Part shown: positions 43,771-53,716 of the stretch, one piece after another
Numbering within the stretch: position 1 is the stretch's first letter
Layout: each line of letters starts with the position of its first letter
NCBI GenBank assembly: GCA_038230295.1
Contig: JBBRNM010000002.1
Location: forward strand, 5,725 to 69,724
Reading direction: 5' to 3'
From: Candidatus Limnocylindrales bacterium
GTDB lineage: Bacteria; Chloroflexota; Limnocylindria; Limnocylindrales; CSP1-4
DNA: 64,000 nucleotides
The notes under the pieces: generated by a model
What the model was told of the DNA's origin: nothing
The model's input: the letters and a program-made list of their open reading frames with translations, nothing else
Databases searched by the model: none
Program-made: the position numbers and the translations under genes

Positions 43771-45357
43771 GTGACCCCGCAATTCCGGGATACCCTCAGC
43801 CGCTCGGTGCGGCCGCTCGTGCCGATCGAAACGGGTCGCATCCGGATGTACACCTGCGGGCCGACGGTCTACCGCTACGCCCATGTCGGCAACCTCCGGA
43901 CGTTCCTCCTCGCCGACATCATCCGGCGGGTCGTCCTCTACCACGGCATCGACGTCCTGCACGTCCAGAACATCACCGACGTCGGCCACCTGCGCGACGA
44001 GCGGTTCGACCGGGGCGAGGATCGGATGCTCGTCGCGGCTGGCCTTGAGGGGCGCACCGCGGCTGAGATCGCGGATGCGTACGAGGCTGCATTTCACGAG
44101 GACGCGGCACGGATCAACCTTCTCCCCGCCCACGTGTATCCCCGGGCGACCGAGCACATCCCGGAGATGGTCGAGCTCGCGGAACGGCTCGAGGACCTCG
44201 GCCACGCGTACGCGACGGATGCCGGGAATGTGTACTACGCCGTGGCGAGCTTTCCGGAGTACGGCGCGCTATCGGGCAACTCGCTCGGTGCGCTTCGGGC
44301 GGGTCACCGCAGCGACGTCGAGGGGGACAAGCGCGACCCTGCCGACTTCGCCCTGTGGAAGACGGCCGGCGAAGGCCGTCTCCTGTCCTGGTCGACGCGA
44401 CGCTGGGGCCGCGGTTTCCCGGGCTGGCATCTCGAATGCTCCGCAATGGCGCTCCGGCATCTCGGACCGCGTTTCGACATCCACACCGGCGGCGAGGACA
44501 ACGTGTTCCCCCACCACGAGGATGAGATCGCCCAATCGGCGCCGATCGTCGGCGGCCCGCCCGCGAACCTCTGGATCCACGGTGCCCACCTGCTGATGGG
44601 CGGCCGGAAGATGGCGAAGTCCGCAGGCAACTTCCAGCGGATCACTGAGCTCGAGGCTGCGGGCGTCGACCCGCTCGCCTTCCGCTATCTCTGCCTCACC
44701 GCGCGCTACGGCCGCAAGCTCGACTACTCGGATCGATCGTTGGTCGCGGCGGCGGCCGGTCTGGCCTCGCTGCGGGCAGGCCTGCGGGGGCTCGGCCCGC
44801 CGCCGAACGAAGGGCCGTGGCGCGCGCCGGCAATCCTGCGAGCGGGTGCGGCATCGGCCAGGCCGGTCGGGCGCGCGGACGGGCTCGCGGGCCACGGCAC
44901 GGTGACAGGGGCTGAGGGCCCCATGCCGGCGAATCGCGCCGACGCTCCGAGTGCTCCCCTTTCCCCGGCTGGTCGGTCCCTGCATGAGCGCTTCGTGGCC
45001 GCGATCGACGAGGATCTCGACCTGCCCGCGGCGCTCCGACTGGCTCGGTCGGTCGCCACCGCCGAGATCGCGGTGGACGAGTGGCGTTGGCTTCTTCTCG
45101 ACATGGACTTCGTCCTCGGGCTCGATCTGGATCGGGTGTGGGACCGCGGACCCTCCGACGAGGAGAGCCGGCTGCCGCGCGGCGCGGCGGCACTGCTCGA
45201 GGCCCGCAGCCGCGCCCGCGAGGGGCGGGAATGGGTCGAGGCCGACCGGCTCCGTGGCGCGCTCCGGGACCTCGGCGTGGAGCCCATCGATCGTGCCGAC
45301 GGGTCGAGCGACTGGCAACCGCCGCGGTCGACCCCGGACGACCAGAGCCAGCGCTAG
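43771..45357 (+). CDS. cysS: Cysteine--tRNA ligase
   Basis: Motifs are MYTCGPTVYRYAHVGNLR (HIGH), FPGWHLECSAM, FPHHEDEIAQS, KMAKS (KMSKS) and the DALR-type region ERFVAAIDEDLDLPAAL. The C-terminal domain reads LLEARSRAREGREWVEADRLRGALRDLGVEPID. It starts at GTG. Confidence 0.9.
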   Translation: MTPQFRDTLSRSVRPLVPIETGRIRMYTCGPTVYRYAHVGNLRTFLLADIIRRVVLYHGIDVLHVQNITDVGHLRDERFDRGEDRMLVAAGLEGRTAAEIADAYEAAFHEDAARINLLPAHVYPRATEHIPEMVELAERLEDLGHAYATDAGNVYYAVASFPEYGALSGNSLGALRAGHRSDVEGDKRDPADFALWKTAGEGRLLSWSTRRWGRGFPGWHLECSAMALRHLGPRFDIHTGGEDNVFPHHEDEIAQSAPIVGGPPANLWIHGAHLLMGGRKMAKSAGNFQRITELEAAGVDPLAFRYLCLTARYGRKLDYSDRSLVAAAAGLASLRAGLRGLGPPPNEGPWRAPAILRAGAASARPVGRADGLAGHGTVTGAEGPMPANRADAPSAPLSPAGRSLHERFVAAIDEDLDLPAALRLARSVATAEIAVDEWRWLLLDMDFVLGLDLDRVWDRGPSDEESRLPRGAAALLEARSRAREGREWVEADRLRGALRDLGVEPIDRADGSSDWQPPRSTPDDQSQR

Positions 45358-46316
45358 ACGATTTCCTCGTCGCCTGGGACGGCTAGGTCCTGCCGCGCTC
45401 CGAACTGGTCCAGGACGCGGTAGAAGTTCCGCTTCGAGAGCCGCACTCGCTTTGCCGGCGGCGTCCGTTCCCACGCCCCGTGCTCATGGCGAACGAGCGG
45501 CAGACCCGGAACCACGGCTGCCCGCCGCGGCGCGACGTCGGCACCCTCGTCGCGCAGCAGGAGGCTCCACCAGATGTCGAGGTTCCGATAGAACTGGAAG
45601 CGCTCGTCCAGCGGCCGGCGCGCCGCGGCGTCGGAGCGCCGAAAGGCCATGAGGTAGCCCTCGATCGCCGCGGCCGGCCCTGATTCCACCTCACGGAAGC
45701 GGCGCAGATCTTCCGTCACGAGCCCGAATGGCCCCGCGACCGCAACGGTTGGATCCTCGAGCGCGGCAACCAGCGGTGACACGATGTCGCCAGTCGGCTC
45801 GATGCTCGGGTCCAGCAAGATGACGATCGGGCCCGTCGCGCGCCTGATGCCGATGTTCCAGGCAGCGCCCTGGCCGAGCGGCGCGCTCGTCGAAACGACC
45901 TCAACGGGCACGACCGCCTCGGCAGCTTCCGCCGCCACGGCCTCAATCCCGTCCGCCACGACCACGATCGACGTGCCTGTGGGTATGCCGGTGCGGAGCC
46001 CGGCCACCGCCCGGGCGATCGCTGCCGCGTCGTCGTTCGAGGCCACCAGCACGACCGTCGCGACGCCGCGCGGGGCATCCTCGAGCCGGCTCGGCACCGC
46101 GGTCGATCGGCCATAGCGGATGCGCCCCGCTTCCTCGAGGTCCGGCGCGTGCGCAGGCTCCAGCCGGAAGTCGGTCCCCGCGTCGATGACCCGCCAGCCC
46201 GCGGCCTCGATCTCGCCGCGGAGGCGGTCCGCGGCCTCCCAATCTCGAGCCGCCCGCGCGGCCGATCGGTCGTGCGCCGCGGCCAGGATCTCCTGGGGAA
46301 TGAAGGTCCGGGTCAA
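45354..46316 (-). CDS. GT-A (family 2-like) glycosyltransferase with an N-terminal CysRS-C-terminal-like domain
   Basis: The N-terminus AAHDRSAARAARDWEAADRLRGEIEAAGWRVIDAGTDFRL mirrors the CysRS C-terminal motif. A GT-A-like core follows (TVVLVASNDD, ILLDPSIEP). Its stop shares the palindrome CTAG with the cysS stop. Confidence 0.6.
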   Translation of the reverse strand: MTRTFIPQEILAAAHDRSAARAARDWEAADRLRGEIEAAGWRVIDAGTDFRLEPAHAPDLEEAGRIRYGRSTAVPSRLEDAPRGVATVVLVASNDDAAAIARAVAGLRTGIPTGTSIVVVADGIEAVAAEAAEAVVPVEVVSTSAPLGQGAAWNIGIRRATGPIVILLDPSIEPTGDIVSPLVAALEDPTVAVAGPFGLVTEDLRRFREVESGPAAAIEGYLMAFRRSDAAARRPLDERFQFYRNLDIWWSLLLRDEGADVAPRRAAVVPGLPLVRHEHGAWERTPPAKRVRLSKRNFYRVLDQFGARQDLAVPGDEEIV

Positions 46317-46822
46317 GAGTCCCCGGACCGGCGATACGGCGCTTCCCCGTCGATGTCGCCGACGAACTCGGGGCGGCGCGGATGATCGAGCATCTGCCGG
46401 ATCGCGAGGACCTCGCCGGTGTGGAACCAGTAGTGGTACGTGACGCGCTGGAGGGCGTTGCCCATCTGCCGGGCCGGACCGGGCGCCGGCAGGTCGGTCG
46501 TCATCGAGGCCTCATCGAGGAAGTCGAGGACCGGATCGGCCGCCGCCGTCACCGTGCGCCAGGCGTCGAGCATCTCCGATAGCGGCGGCGTGGTCGCCGG
46601 CCCGCCGTTCGCGACGAGCTCGTTGAGGATCGGCACCGGCGTCGACCCGGACAGGCGAGTGAGCCAGTAGCGCTGCTCCTGCCAGGCCATATGACCCACG
46701 ATCCAGCCGATCGAGTTCATCGGCTTGAGCCGCCGGATCCCGTCCGCCTCGGGCACGCCGTGAAGACCGCGAAGCCACTCGGATCGGGTGAATTGAAGCT
46801 GCTCGACGAGCGGGTGGGCCAT
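46313..46822 (-). CDS. DinB family (DinB_2) protein
   Basis: 169 aa. The His-containing four-helix-bundle motifs are GWIVGHMAWQEQ and VTYHYWFHTGEVLAIRQ. Its stop overlaps the glycosyltransferase start. Confidence 0.8.
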   Translation of the reverse strand: MAHPLVEQLQFTRSEWLRGLHGVPEADGIRRLKPMNSIGWIVGHMAWQEQRYWLTRLSGSTPVPILNELVANGGPATTPPLSEMLDAWRTVTAAADPVLDFLDEASMTTDLPAPGPARQMGNALQRVTYHYWFHTGEVLAIRQMLDHPRRPEFVGDIDGEAPYRRSGDS

Positions 46823-46919
46823 CAGCCCAATGGTACGGCGGGTGCATCGAGGGCCGGTTTCGCGCACGAAGCGGGGGACTTGCGGCGGTCCTGTAACGTC
46901 TGCGCCAGGTGGTGCGTCA

Positions 46920-48017
46920 ATGGCCATGGCTACCGCCGATCGCGGCGGCCATGGCATTATTCCCCGGAATTCACTTGACGCGTGGAGGAAGGACATCAGC
47001 ACCCTGCCGTTGCGGGCGCCCGCGCTCGTCGACCGCTTTGCCGGTTGGCATGAGCTTGCCCGACGTTGGCGTGAGCTTGACCGACGTTGGCGTGAGCGTG
47101 CCCGGCGCCGCGATCTCGCCATCGGGGCGTTCGTGGTCGTCGTCGGTGTCCTGGTGGCGTTCCGGCTCCTCAGCGTGTACCCGTGGAATGCGCCGGTCTT
47201 CGACCTGCGGACCTATTGGGCGACCCGGTTCGGGATCGATTTCTCCACCCAGCACGCGGGTCCCGCGGGCGCCTACCTGTACTCCCCGGCCTTCGCCCAG
47301 CTGATCGCACCGCTGACGCTCCTGCCGCTGCCCCTGTTCGCGGCGATCTGGACGGCGATCGGGGCGGCGCTCCTGTACTGGATGACCGGTCGGCATGCGG
47401 TGGTGTTCCTGGCTGTTCCGGCCGTGCTGATCACGATCGTCCAGGGCCAGCTCGACCTGATCTTCGCGGCGGTGGTCATCGTCGGGATGCGGTACCCGGT
47501 GGTGTGGGCGCTGCCCCTCCTGACGAAGGTCACGCCGGGCGTCGGCATCGTCTGGTTCCTCGTCCGCCGCGAATGGCGCAACCTGGCGATCGCGCTCACC
47601 GCGACCGTCGCGATCGTTGCGGTGTCCGTGCGGTTCGATCTCCAGGCGTGGGTCGGCTGGTTCGCTCTCCTGGGGCGATCGGAGTTTCCAAACATCAATG
47701 ACGGCCTGCTGTTCGTCCCGATCGCGCTCTGGGTCCGACTGCCCATCGCCCTCGCGATCGTCGGCTGGGGCGCGGCGACCAATCGAACCTGGACGATCCC
47801 GATCGCGGTCACCCTGGGCATGCCCATCGTCTGGCTGAACTCCCCGACGATCCTCGTCGGGATCCTGCCACTCGTCGCCGCGGGCGCCTCGACGCCGGCC
47901 GGGCGCTGGCTTCGCCAGGAGCGCGCGACCGCGGGGGAATCCCCGGCTCTCGACCTCGTCGACTCGGAGCAGGGCCGCCGGACAAGTCGCGAGCCACAGG
48001 TCCTGCCGAACCTCTGA
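46920..48017 (+). CDS. Polytopic membrane protein, GT87/DUF2029-like glycosyltransferase candidate
   Basis: An Arg-rich cytoplasmic N-terminus is followed by about 9 TM helices. AYLYSPAFAQLIAPL resembles the Y.Y.P.fA motif of DUF2029 mannosyltransferases. The start is taken at ATG 46920. Confidence 0.5.
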   Translation: MAMATADRGGHGIIPRNSLDAWRKDISTLPLRAPALVDRFAGWHELARRWRELDRRWRERARRRDLAIGAFVVVVGVLVAFRLLSVYPWNAPVFDLRTYWATRFGIDFSTQHAGPAGAYLYSPAFAQLIAPLTLLPLPLFAAIWTAIGAALLYWMTGRHAVVFLAVPAVLITIVQGQLDLIFAAVVIVGMRYPVVWALPLLTKVTPGVGIVWFLVRREWRNLAIALTATVAIVAVSVRFDLQAWVGWFALLGRSEFPNINDGLLFVPIALWVRLPIALAIVGWGAATNRTWTIPIAVTLGMPIVWLNSPTILVGILPLVAAGASTPAGRWLRQERATAGESPALDLVDSEQGRRTSREPQVLPNL

Positions 48018-48068
48018 CGCAAGCCCCGCCTGTGGCAGCCGCGATTGCCTAGCGGACCTTCACGCGGC

Positions 48069-49754
<1,686 letters not shown>

Positions 49755-49825
49755 GGCTCAAGGGTAGCGAGCAAGACGAAACGCCGATCGCTGCGGGGTC
49801 GCCACGCCCTCGCTACGATCACCAA

Positions 49826-50542
49826 ATGACTGCTGCACCGATCATCCTGGTTCCCGGATTCTGGCTTGGCGCATGGGCCTGGGACGAGGTCGCCGCCGAT
49901 CTGCGGGCCGACGGCCACGACGTGACCGCGCTGACGCTGCCAGGCCTCGAGTCGGCCGACGCCGACCGGTCCTCGATCACCTTCGCTGACCACGTCAACG
50001 CGATCGTCAACGCCGTCCAGGCGGCCGGCGCCCCCGTGGTCCTCGCGGTCCACAGCGCCAGCGGGTTCTCCGGGTACGCCGCCAGCGACCAGATCCCCGA
50101 GCAGATCGCGGCCATGGTGTACGTCGACACGGCGCCGGGAAAGCCGCCCCTCGATCCCCAGTTCGAGGGCGTCGAGAAGCCACTGGTCTGGAAGGACATC
50201 GAGGCGGAGGAGAACCTCAGCGGGCTCAGCGACGAGCAAAAGGAGACGTTCCGAGAGCGAGCGGTGCCGGTTCCGGGCGCCATGCTGCGCGAGGGGTACG
50301 AGTTCACGAGCGATGCGCGGAGAGACATCCCGAGCACGATCATCGCCACGGGCTACACGTCCGACCAGTACAGGTCATACGCGAAGGAGCACCCCGAATG
50401 GGCGTTCCTCGCCGGGATCCCGGAGCTGCGGAACATCACCTGGATCGACCTGCCCACGAGCCACTGGCCGATGTGGTCGCGCCCGAATGAGCTGGCCACC
50501 ATCATCGGCGACGTCGCGAAGGCCCACGCTCCGGAAGCGTAG
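49826..50542 (+). CDS. Alpha/beta hydrolase
   Basis: Motifs are IILVPGFWLGAWAW, the nucleophile elbow VHSASG, and the C-terminal His context PTSHWPMWSRP. Confidence 0.75.
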   Translation: MTAAPIILVPGFWLGAWAWDEVAADLRADGHDVTALTLPGLESADADRSSITFADHVNAIVNAVQAAGAPVVLAVHSASGFSGYAASDQIPEQIAAMVYVDTAPGKPPLDPQFEGVEKPLVWKDIEAEENLSGLSDEQKETFRERAVPVPGAMLREGYEFTSDARRDIPSTIIATGYTSDQYRSYAKEHPEWAFLAGIPELRNITWIDLPTSHWPMWSRPNELATIIGDVAKAHAPEA

Positions 50543-50593
50543 CTGGCGCTATTGGCCGTTGACTCACCGTGATGAGTCAGATAGCCTCATGGC

Positions 50594-50866
50594 ATGACAA
50601 AGCGGCTCCAGGTTCTGTTCGACGATGACGAGTTGGCGGAGATCAAGCAGCTGGCCAAGCGGCGTCGCCAGACGACAGCGGCCTGGGTCCGCGACGCGCT
50701 GCGAGTCGCGCGAGACAGCGCGTCCAGCCCGGATCCCGAGCCGAAGCTCCGCGCCGTTCGCGAGGCCCTGTCATACGACTACCCGAGCGGAGACATCGCT
50801 CAGGTGCTCGAGGAGATCGAACGCGGCTACGCCCACGAGGACGACTCCCCCGCCCCGCCCGCCTGA
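50594..50866 (+). CDS. vapB: Ribbon-helix-helix antitoxin (VapB-type)
   Basis: 90 aa starting KRLQVLFDDDELAEIKQLAKRRRQTTAAWVRDALR (RHH). It ends 4 nt before the PIN gene. Confidence 0.7.
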   Translation: MTKRLQVLFDDDELAEIKQLAKRRRQTTAAWVRDALRVARDSASSPDPEPKLRAVREALSYDYPSGDIAQVLEEIERGYAHEDDSPAPPA

Positions 50867-50870
50867 GCGA

Positions 50871-51263
50871 ATGATCTTCGTCGACTCGAACGTCCCGATG
50901 TATCTCGTGGGCGGCGAGCATCCACATCGCGATCAGGCGCGGCACGCGGTCGAGGTCGCCATCACTGCACGCGAACGCCTCGTCACCGATGCCGAGGTAT
51001 TCCAGGAGATCCTCCATCGATACACGGCTATCGGCCGTCGCGACGCGATCGATCCGGCTTGGCGGACGCTTCGAGCGATCGTCGATGAGGTCTACAGCGT
51101 CGAGTTCGAGGACGTTGACAGGGCGCGACGACTCGTCGCATCGACCCACCTGACGGCCCGCGACGCGCTCCACGTGTCGATCATGCAGCGCCACGGGACC
51201 GGGGAGATCCTCACGTTCGATCGGGACTTCGAGGGGCTGGCGGGGATCGTTCGCCGTTCATGA
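50871..51263 (+). CDS. vapC: PIN-domain toxin (VapC-type)
   Basis: Starts MIFVDSNVPMY (first acidic residue), with TDAEVFQEILHRY, ARDALHVSIM and ILTFDRDF. 130 aa. Only the last part of ORF 50625..51263 is used. Confidence 0.85.
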   Translation: MIFVDSNVPMYLVGGEHPHRDQARHAVEVAITARERLVTDAEVFQEILHRYTAIGRRDAIDPAWRTLRAIVDEVYSVEFEDVDRARRLVASTHLTARDALHVSIMQRHGTGEILTFDRDFEGLAGIVRRS

Positions 51264-51310
51264 CGAGCGGGGCCTCTGGCCCCACGATCTTGCTTGACGG
51301 TCGAGATTGC

Positions 51311-51793
51311 TCAGACCATCTTGAGATAGCCCGCGATGGGGATTTCGATGAAGCCGAGACTCTGATACAGCGCGCGAGCCGCCGCGTGAAAGGGGTCGCC
51401 GCCGGTGAAGACCCCGACCTTTTCGACGCCTCCCGCCTTCATTTCGCGAATCGCGTCGAGGCAGAGCTCCCTTCCGACGCCCTGATGTCGATACGGCTGC
51501 CCGACCACGAGCATGTAGATCTGACCGTGATTCCGCGCTCCGCCGGTCTTCCATCCCACGTACCCAGCGATGGTGTCGCCGACCTCCGCGACGGCGACCC
51601 ACCGCCCCGCGCTGGGATCGTGGAGTGTGGGGACCTCGTCGCGGTAGTCCTGCTCCCACTGGCCGTGGTGGAGCCGGAACAGCTCGTCGCCGAACAGGGG
51701 ATGAACATAGCCTTCGTAGAAGGGCCGGAAGGTCTCGATCGTGAGGTCGACGAGCCTCTCGAGGTCGGCAGCCGTAAACGGTCGGATGTGCAT
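51311..51793 (-). CDS. GNAT family N-acetyltransferase
   Basis: Starts MHIRPFTAADLERL. The acetyl-CoA motif is LVVGQPYRHQGVGRELCLDAI, and the C-terminus has ARALYQSLGF. Confidence 0.85.
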   Translation of the reverse strand: MHIRPFTAADLERLVDLTIETFRPFYEGYVHPLFGDELFRLHHGQWEQDYRDEVPTLHDPSAGRWVAVAEVGDTIAGYVGWKTGGARNHGQIYMLVVGQPYRHQGVGRELCLDAIREMKAGGVEKVGVFTGGDPFHAAARALYQSLGFIEIPIAGYLKMV

Positions 51794-51852
51794 GACATTC
51801 GCCTCCCAGGCGGGCGTTCGGTGGAGGCGAAGAGGACGAGGCTGCGCCATTC

Positions 51853-51975
51853 TGGCGCCCCCGGACGGATTCGAACCGAATGCAGGAGCGCGGGCTGGAA
51901 TGGTACGCGGGTGCCTCGCCGGCCCTCGCGTAGTCCCCGAGCACCGCTCGAGCGTCGCCGGGCGCAGGGTGAAGC
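51853..51975. repeat. Repeat unit copy 1: last 26 nt of tRNA-Arg(CCT) plus ~97-nt shared arm
   Basis: tggcgcccccggacggattcgaaccg is 26/26 identical to 61276-61301, the 3' end of the intact tRNA including CCA. It then diverges from the tRNA but continues to match copy 2. An internal hairpin tacgcggg..cctcgcgta is present. Confidence 0.85.
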
Positions 51976-52127
51976 CTGACGCGACTGCGTTCTATTCGAG
52001 CAGCTCCCGCTTCGCCTCGCCCTCGTCTCGACCTTCGTCCTGCGAACGCCCCGACGGGCCTCGGAGTCGACGGATTCGCGGCCGCCGCTGCCGGAGGCTC
52101 GGGGCGGACTTGACTCCGAAAAACGGG

Positions 52128-52796
52128 TCATTGCCGCGGGGCATCCCCCGCGGCAACGTCGGCAACAAGGATTCGCATCCGCATTTCGTCGACGGACATC
52201 ACGTTGGCCGACGAAGCCGCGAGGATGATCAGGATCGCGCCGTGGACCTCGGAGGCCGACATCTCACCGAAGCCAAGATCCGGATAGTCGAAAGTGGCAG
52301 TCGCGTCCGAGAGAAACACCACCTTGTAGTCGTGGAAGAACGCATCTCGTGCGGTGGCGTGACAGCAGTTTTCCGTTGTTGTGCCCGCGATGATGACGGT
52401 GTCGACGCCCCATCCGCGCAGGATCATGTCGAGGTCAGTTCCGAAGAAGGCGCTGTAGCGATGCTTTCGAATGACATGCTCGCCCGGTTGCGGCGCAATC
52501 TCGGGATAGATCTCCACCCCCGGCGTGCCATCCGCCAGGGCCTCGCCATTCCTGATCATCCGCGAAAGCCCGAAAAGGCCGAGATCCGACCCGTCTCGGC
52601 GGTGGACGTGCGCGGTGTAGATGACGCGGATGCCGACCTCGCGGCAGATCTCCAAGGCCTCGCGCAGCTTGGGCAGGATCTCGCGGGCGCCCGGCGTGTC
52701 CAGTGGAGCGCCCGCCTCTACGAAGTCGTTCTCCATGTCGACCACGATCATCGCCGTCCGTTGGGGATCGAGGCTGTCGACCTTGACGATTGGCAT
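52128..52796 (-). CDS. Isochorismatase-family cysteine hydrolase
   Basis: The catalytic D/K/C contexts are MIVVDMENDF, IRKHRYSAF and VIIAGTTTENCCHATARDA. The start is ATG 52796. The upstream codons of ORF 52128..53099 cross repeat copy 2. Confidence 0.88.
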   Translation of the reverse strand: MPIVKVDSLDPQRTAMIVVDMENDFVEAGAPLDTPGAREILPKLREALEICREVGIRVIYTAHVHRRDGSDLGLFGLSRMIRNGEALADGTPGVEIYPEIAPQPGEHVIRKHRYSAFFGTDLDMILRGWGVDTVIIAGTTTENCCHATARDAFFHDYKVVFLSDATATFDYPDLGFGEMSASEVHGAILIILAASSANVMSVDEMRMRILVADVAAGDAPRQ

Positions 52797-52834
52797 GAGG
52801 CCCCCCGTGATCCAAGACGAGAGCAGGTCCTTCT

Positions 52835-52958
52835 TGGCGCCCCCGGACGGACTCGAACGGAATGCAGGAGCGCGGGCTGGAATGGTACGCGAGTGCGTCG
52901 CCGGCCCTCGCGTAGTCCCGACACACCGCTCGAGCGTCGCCAGGACGCAGGATGAAGC
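52835..52958. repeat. Repeat unit copy 2 (about 11 differences from copy 1 by manual alignment)
   Basis: tggcgcccccggacggactcgaacgg matches the tRNA-Arg 3' end at 24/26 positions. The same arm as copy 1 follows. The hairpin here is perfect, tacgcgag..ctcgcgta. Confidence 0.85.
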
Positions 52959-53035
52959 TTGGCGAACGCAAAGGGCACGGGCTGGAAGCGCGCGCAGTTT
53001 TCGTTCGGCAGAGCGGGCGAGGGTGAATCGCTCGA

Positions 53036-53716
53036 CTATTGCCCGTTCGTGCTGCCCGCCACCTGTCCGGTGCTGCCTCCAGCAGCGAACGCCTGACAAT
53101 AGCGAAGAAGACCAGGCCCTGGATTCCGGAAGACACGCGGGGCGCCAGGTTCGATCAGGACTGCGTCGCCGGCGGCGATGACGACCTGATCGTCGCCCAG
53201 CGTGAGGGCCAGCCTACCTTCGTGGACGTACACGATCTCGACGCTGCCGAACATCTCCGGTTCACCGACGTAGGCGTCGCCGGCCTCGATCACCCATTCC
53301 CAGAACTCGAGGCGCGCCGGTGCCGCCGTTCCGATGAGCAGGTGCGCGGAGCTGCCGAGCGGCGTCTTCCACAGCTCGACAGCCTGTCCGGCGGCAACGA
53401 CTCGAAGGGGTGGCGAGTCCGGGAGCGAGACGAGGGCCGCCAGCGTGACACCAAAGCTGTCAGCGACTCGCGTTAGCGTCTGGATGCTCGGATTCGCTCG
53501 TTGTTGCTCGATCGCGACGAGTAGACCGCGGCTGACCCCGCACCGCGCGGCGAGCTCATCGAGTGTCCAGCCTCGCTCCGTCCGAGAGCGACGCACATTC
53601 TGCGCGACGGATCGAGCTACGGCGTTAGATGCGGCTGAGATCGCCTTCCGTTGCCGAGGTGCCGAAACGGCCGGAGTCCCGTCGGAGGCAACCGCCACGA
53701 CTGGCTGACTCTTCAC
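53036..53716 (-). CDS. XRE-family HTH regulator with C-terminal cupin domain
   Basis: The HTH is RTERGWTLDELAARCGVSRGLLVAIEQQRANPSIQTLTRVADSFGV. The cupin region reads VEIVYVHEGRLALTLGDDQVVIAAGDAVLIEPG. The start GTG 53716 overlaps the upstream stop (GTGA). Confidence 0.85.
   Translation of the reverse strand: MKSQPVVAVASDGTPAVSAPRQRKAISAASNAVARSVAQNVRRSRTERGWTLDELAARCGVSRGLLVAIEQQRANPSIQTLTRVADSFGVTLAALVSLPDSPPLRVVAAGQAVELWKTPLGSSAHLLIGTAAPARLEFWEWVIEAGDAYVGEPEMFGSVEIVYVHEGRLALTLGDDQVVIAAGDAVLIEPGAPRVFRNPGPGLLRYCQAFAAGGSTGQVAGSTNGQ

Noticed and set aside
43771-45357. Possibility that the CysRS-like gene is an MshC-type cysteine ligase rather than a tRNA ligase
   Set aside because: It retains a CysRS-type HIGH region (CGPTVYRYAHVGN), the anticodon-binding part and the CysRS-specific C-terminal domain. 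MshC-type enzymes lack these C-terminal parts.
51853-52958. Integron attC sites or a complete extra tRNA, tRNA-Sec or tmRNA gene as the explanation for the 124-nt repeats
   Set aside because: No GTTRRRY/RYYYAAC core sites and no intI gene are present. I could not fold the unit into a cloverleaf: there is no 5' strand complementary to CGGGGGC, and the unit is about 113 nt from the nearest candidate. No tmRNA-like tag region is present.
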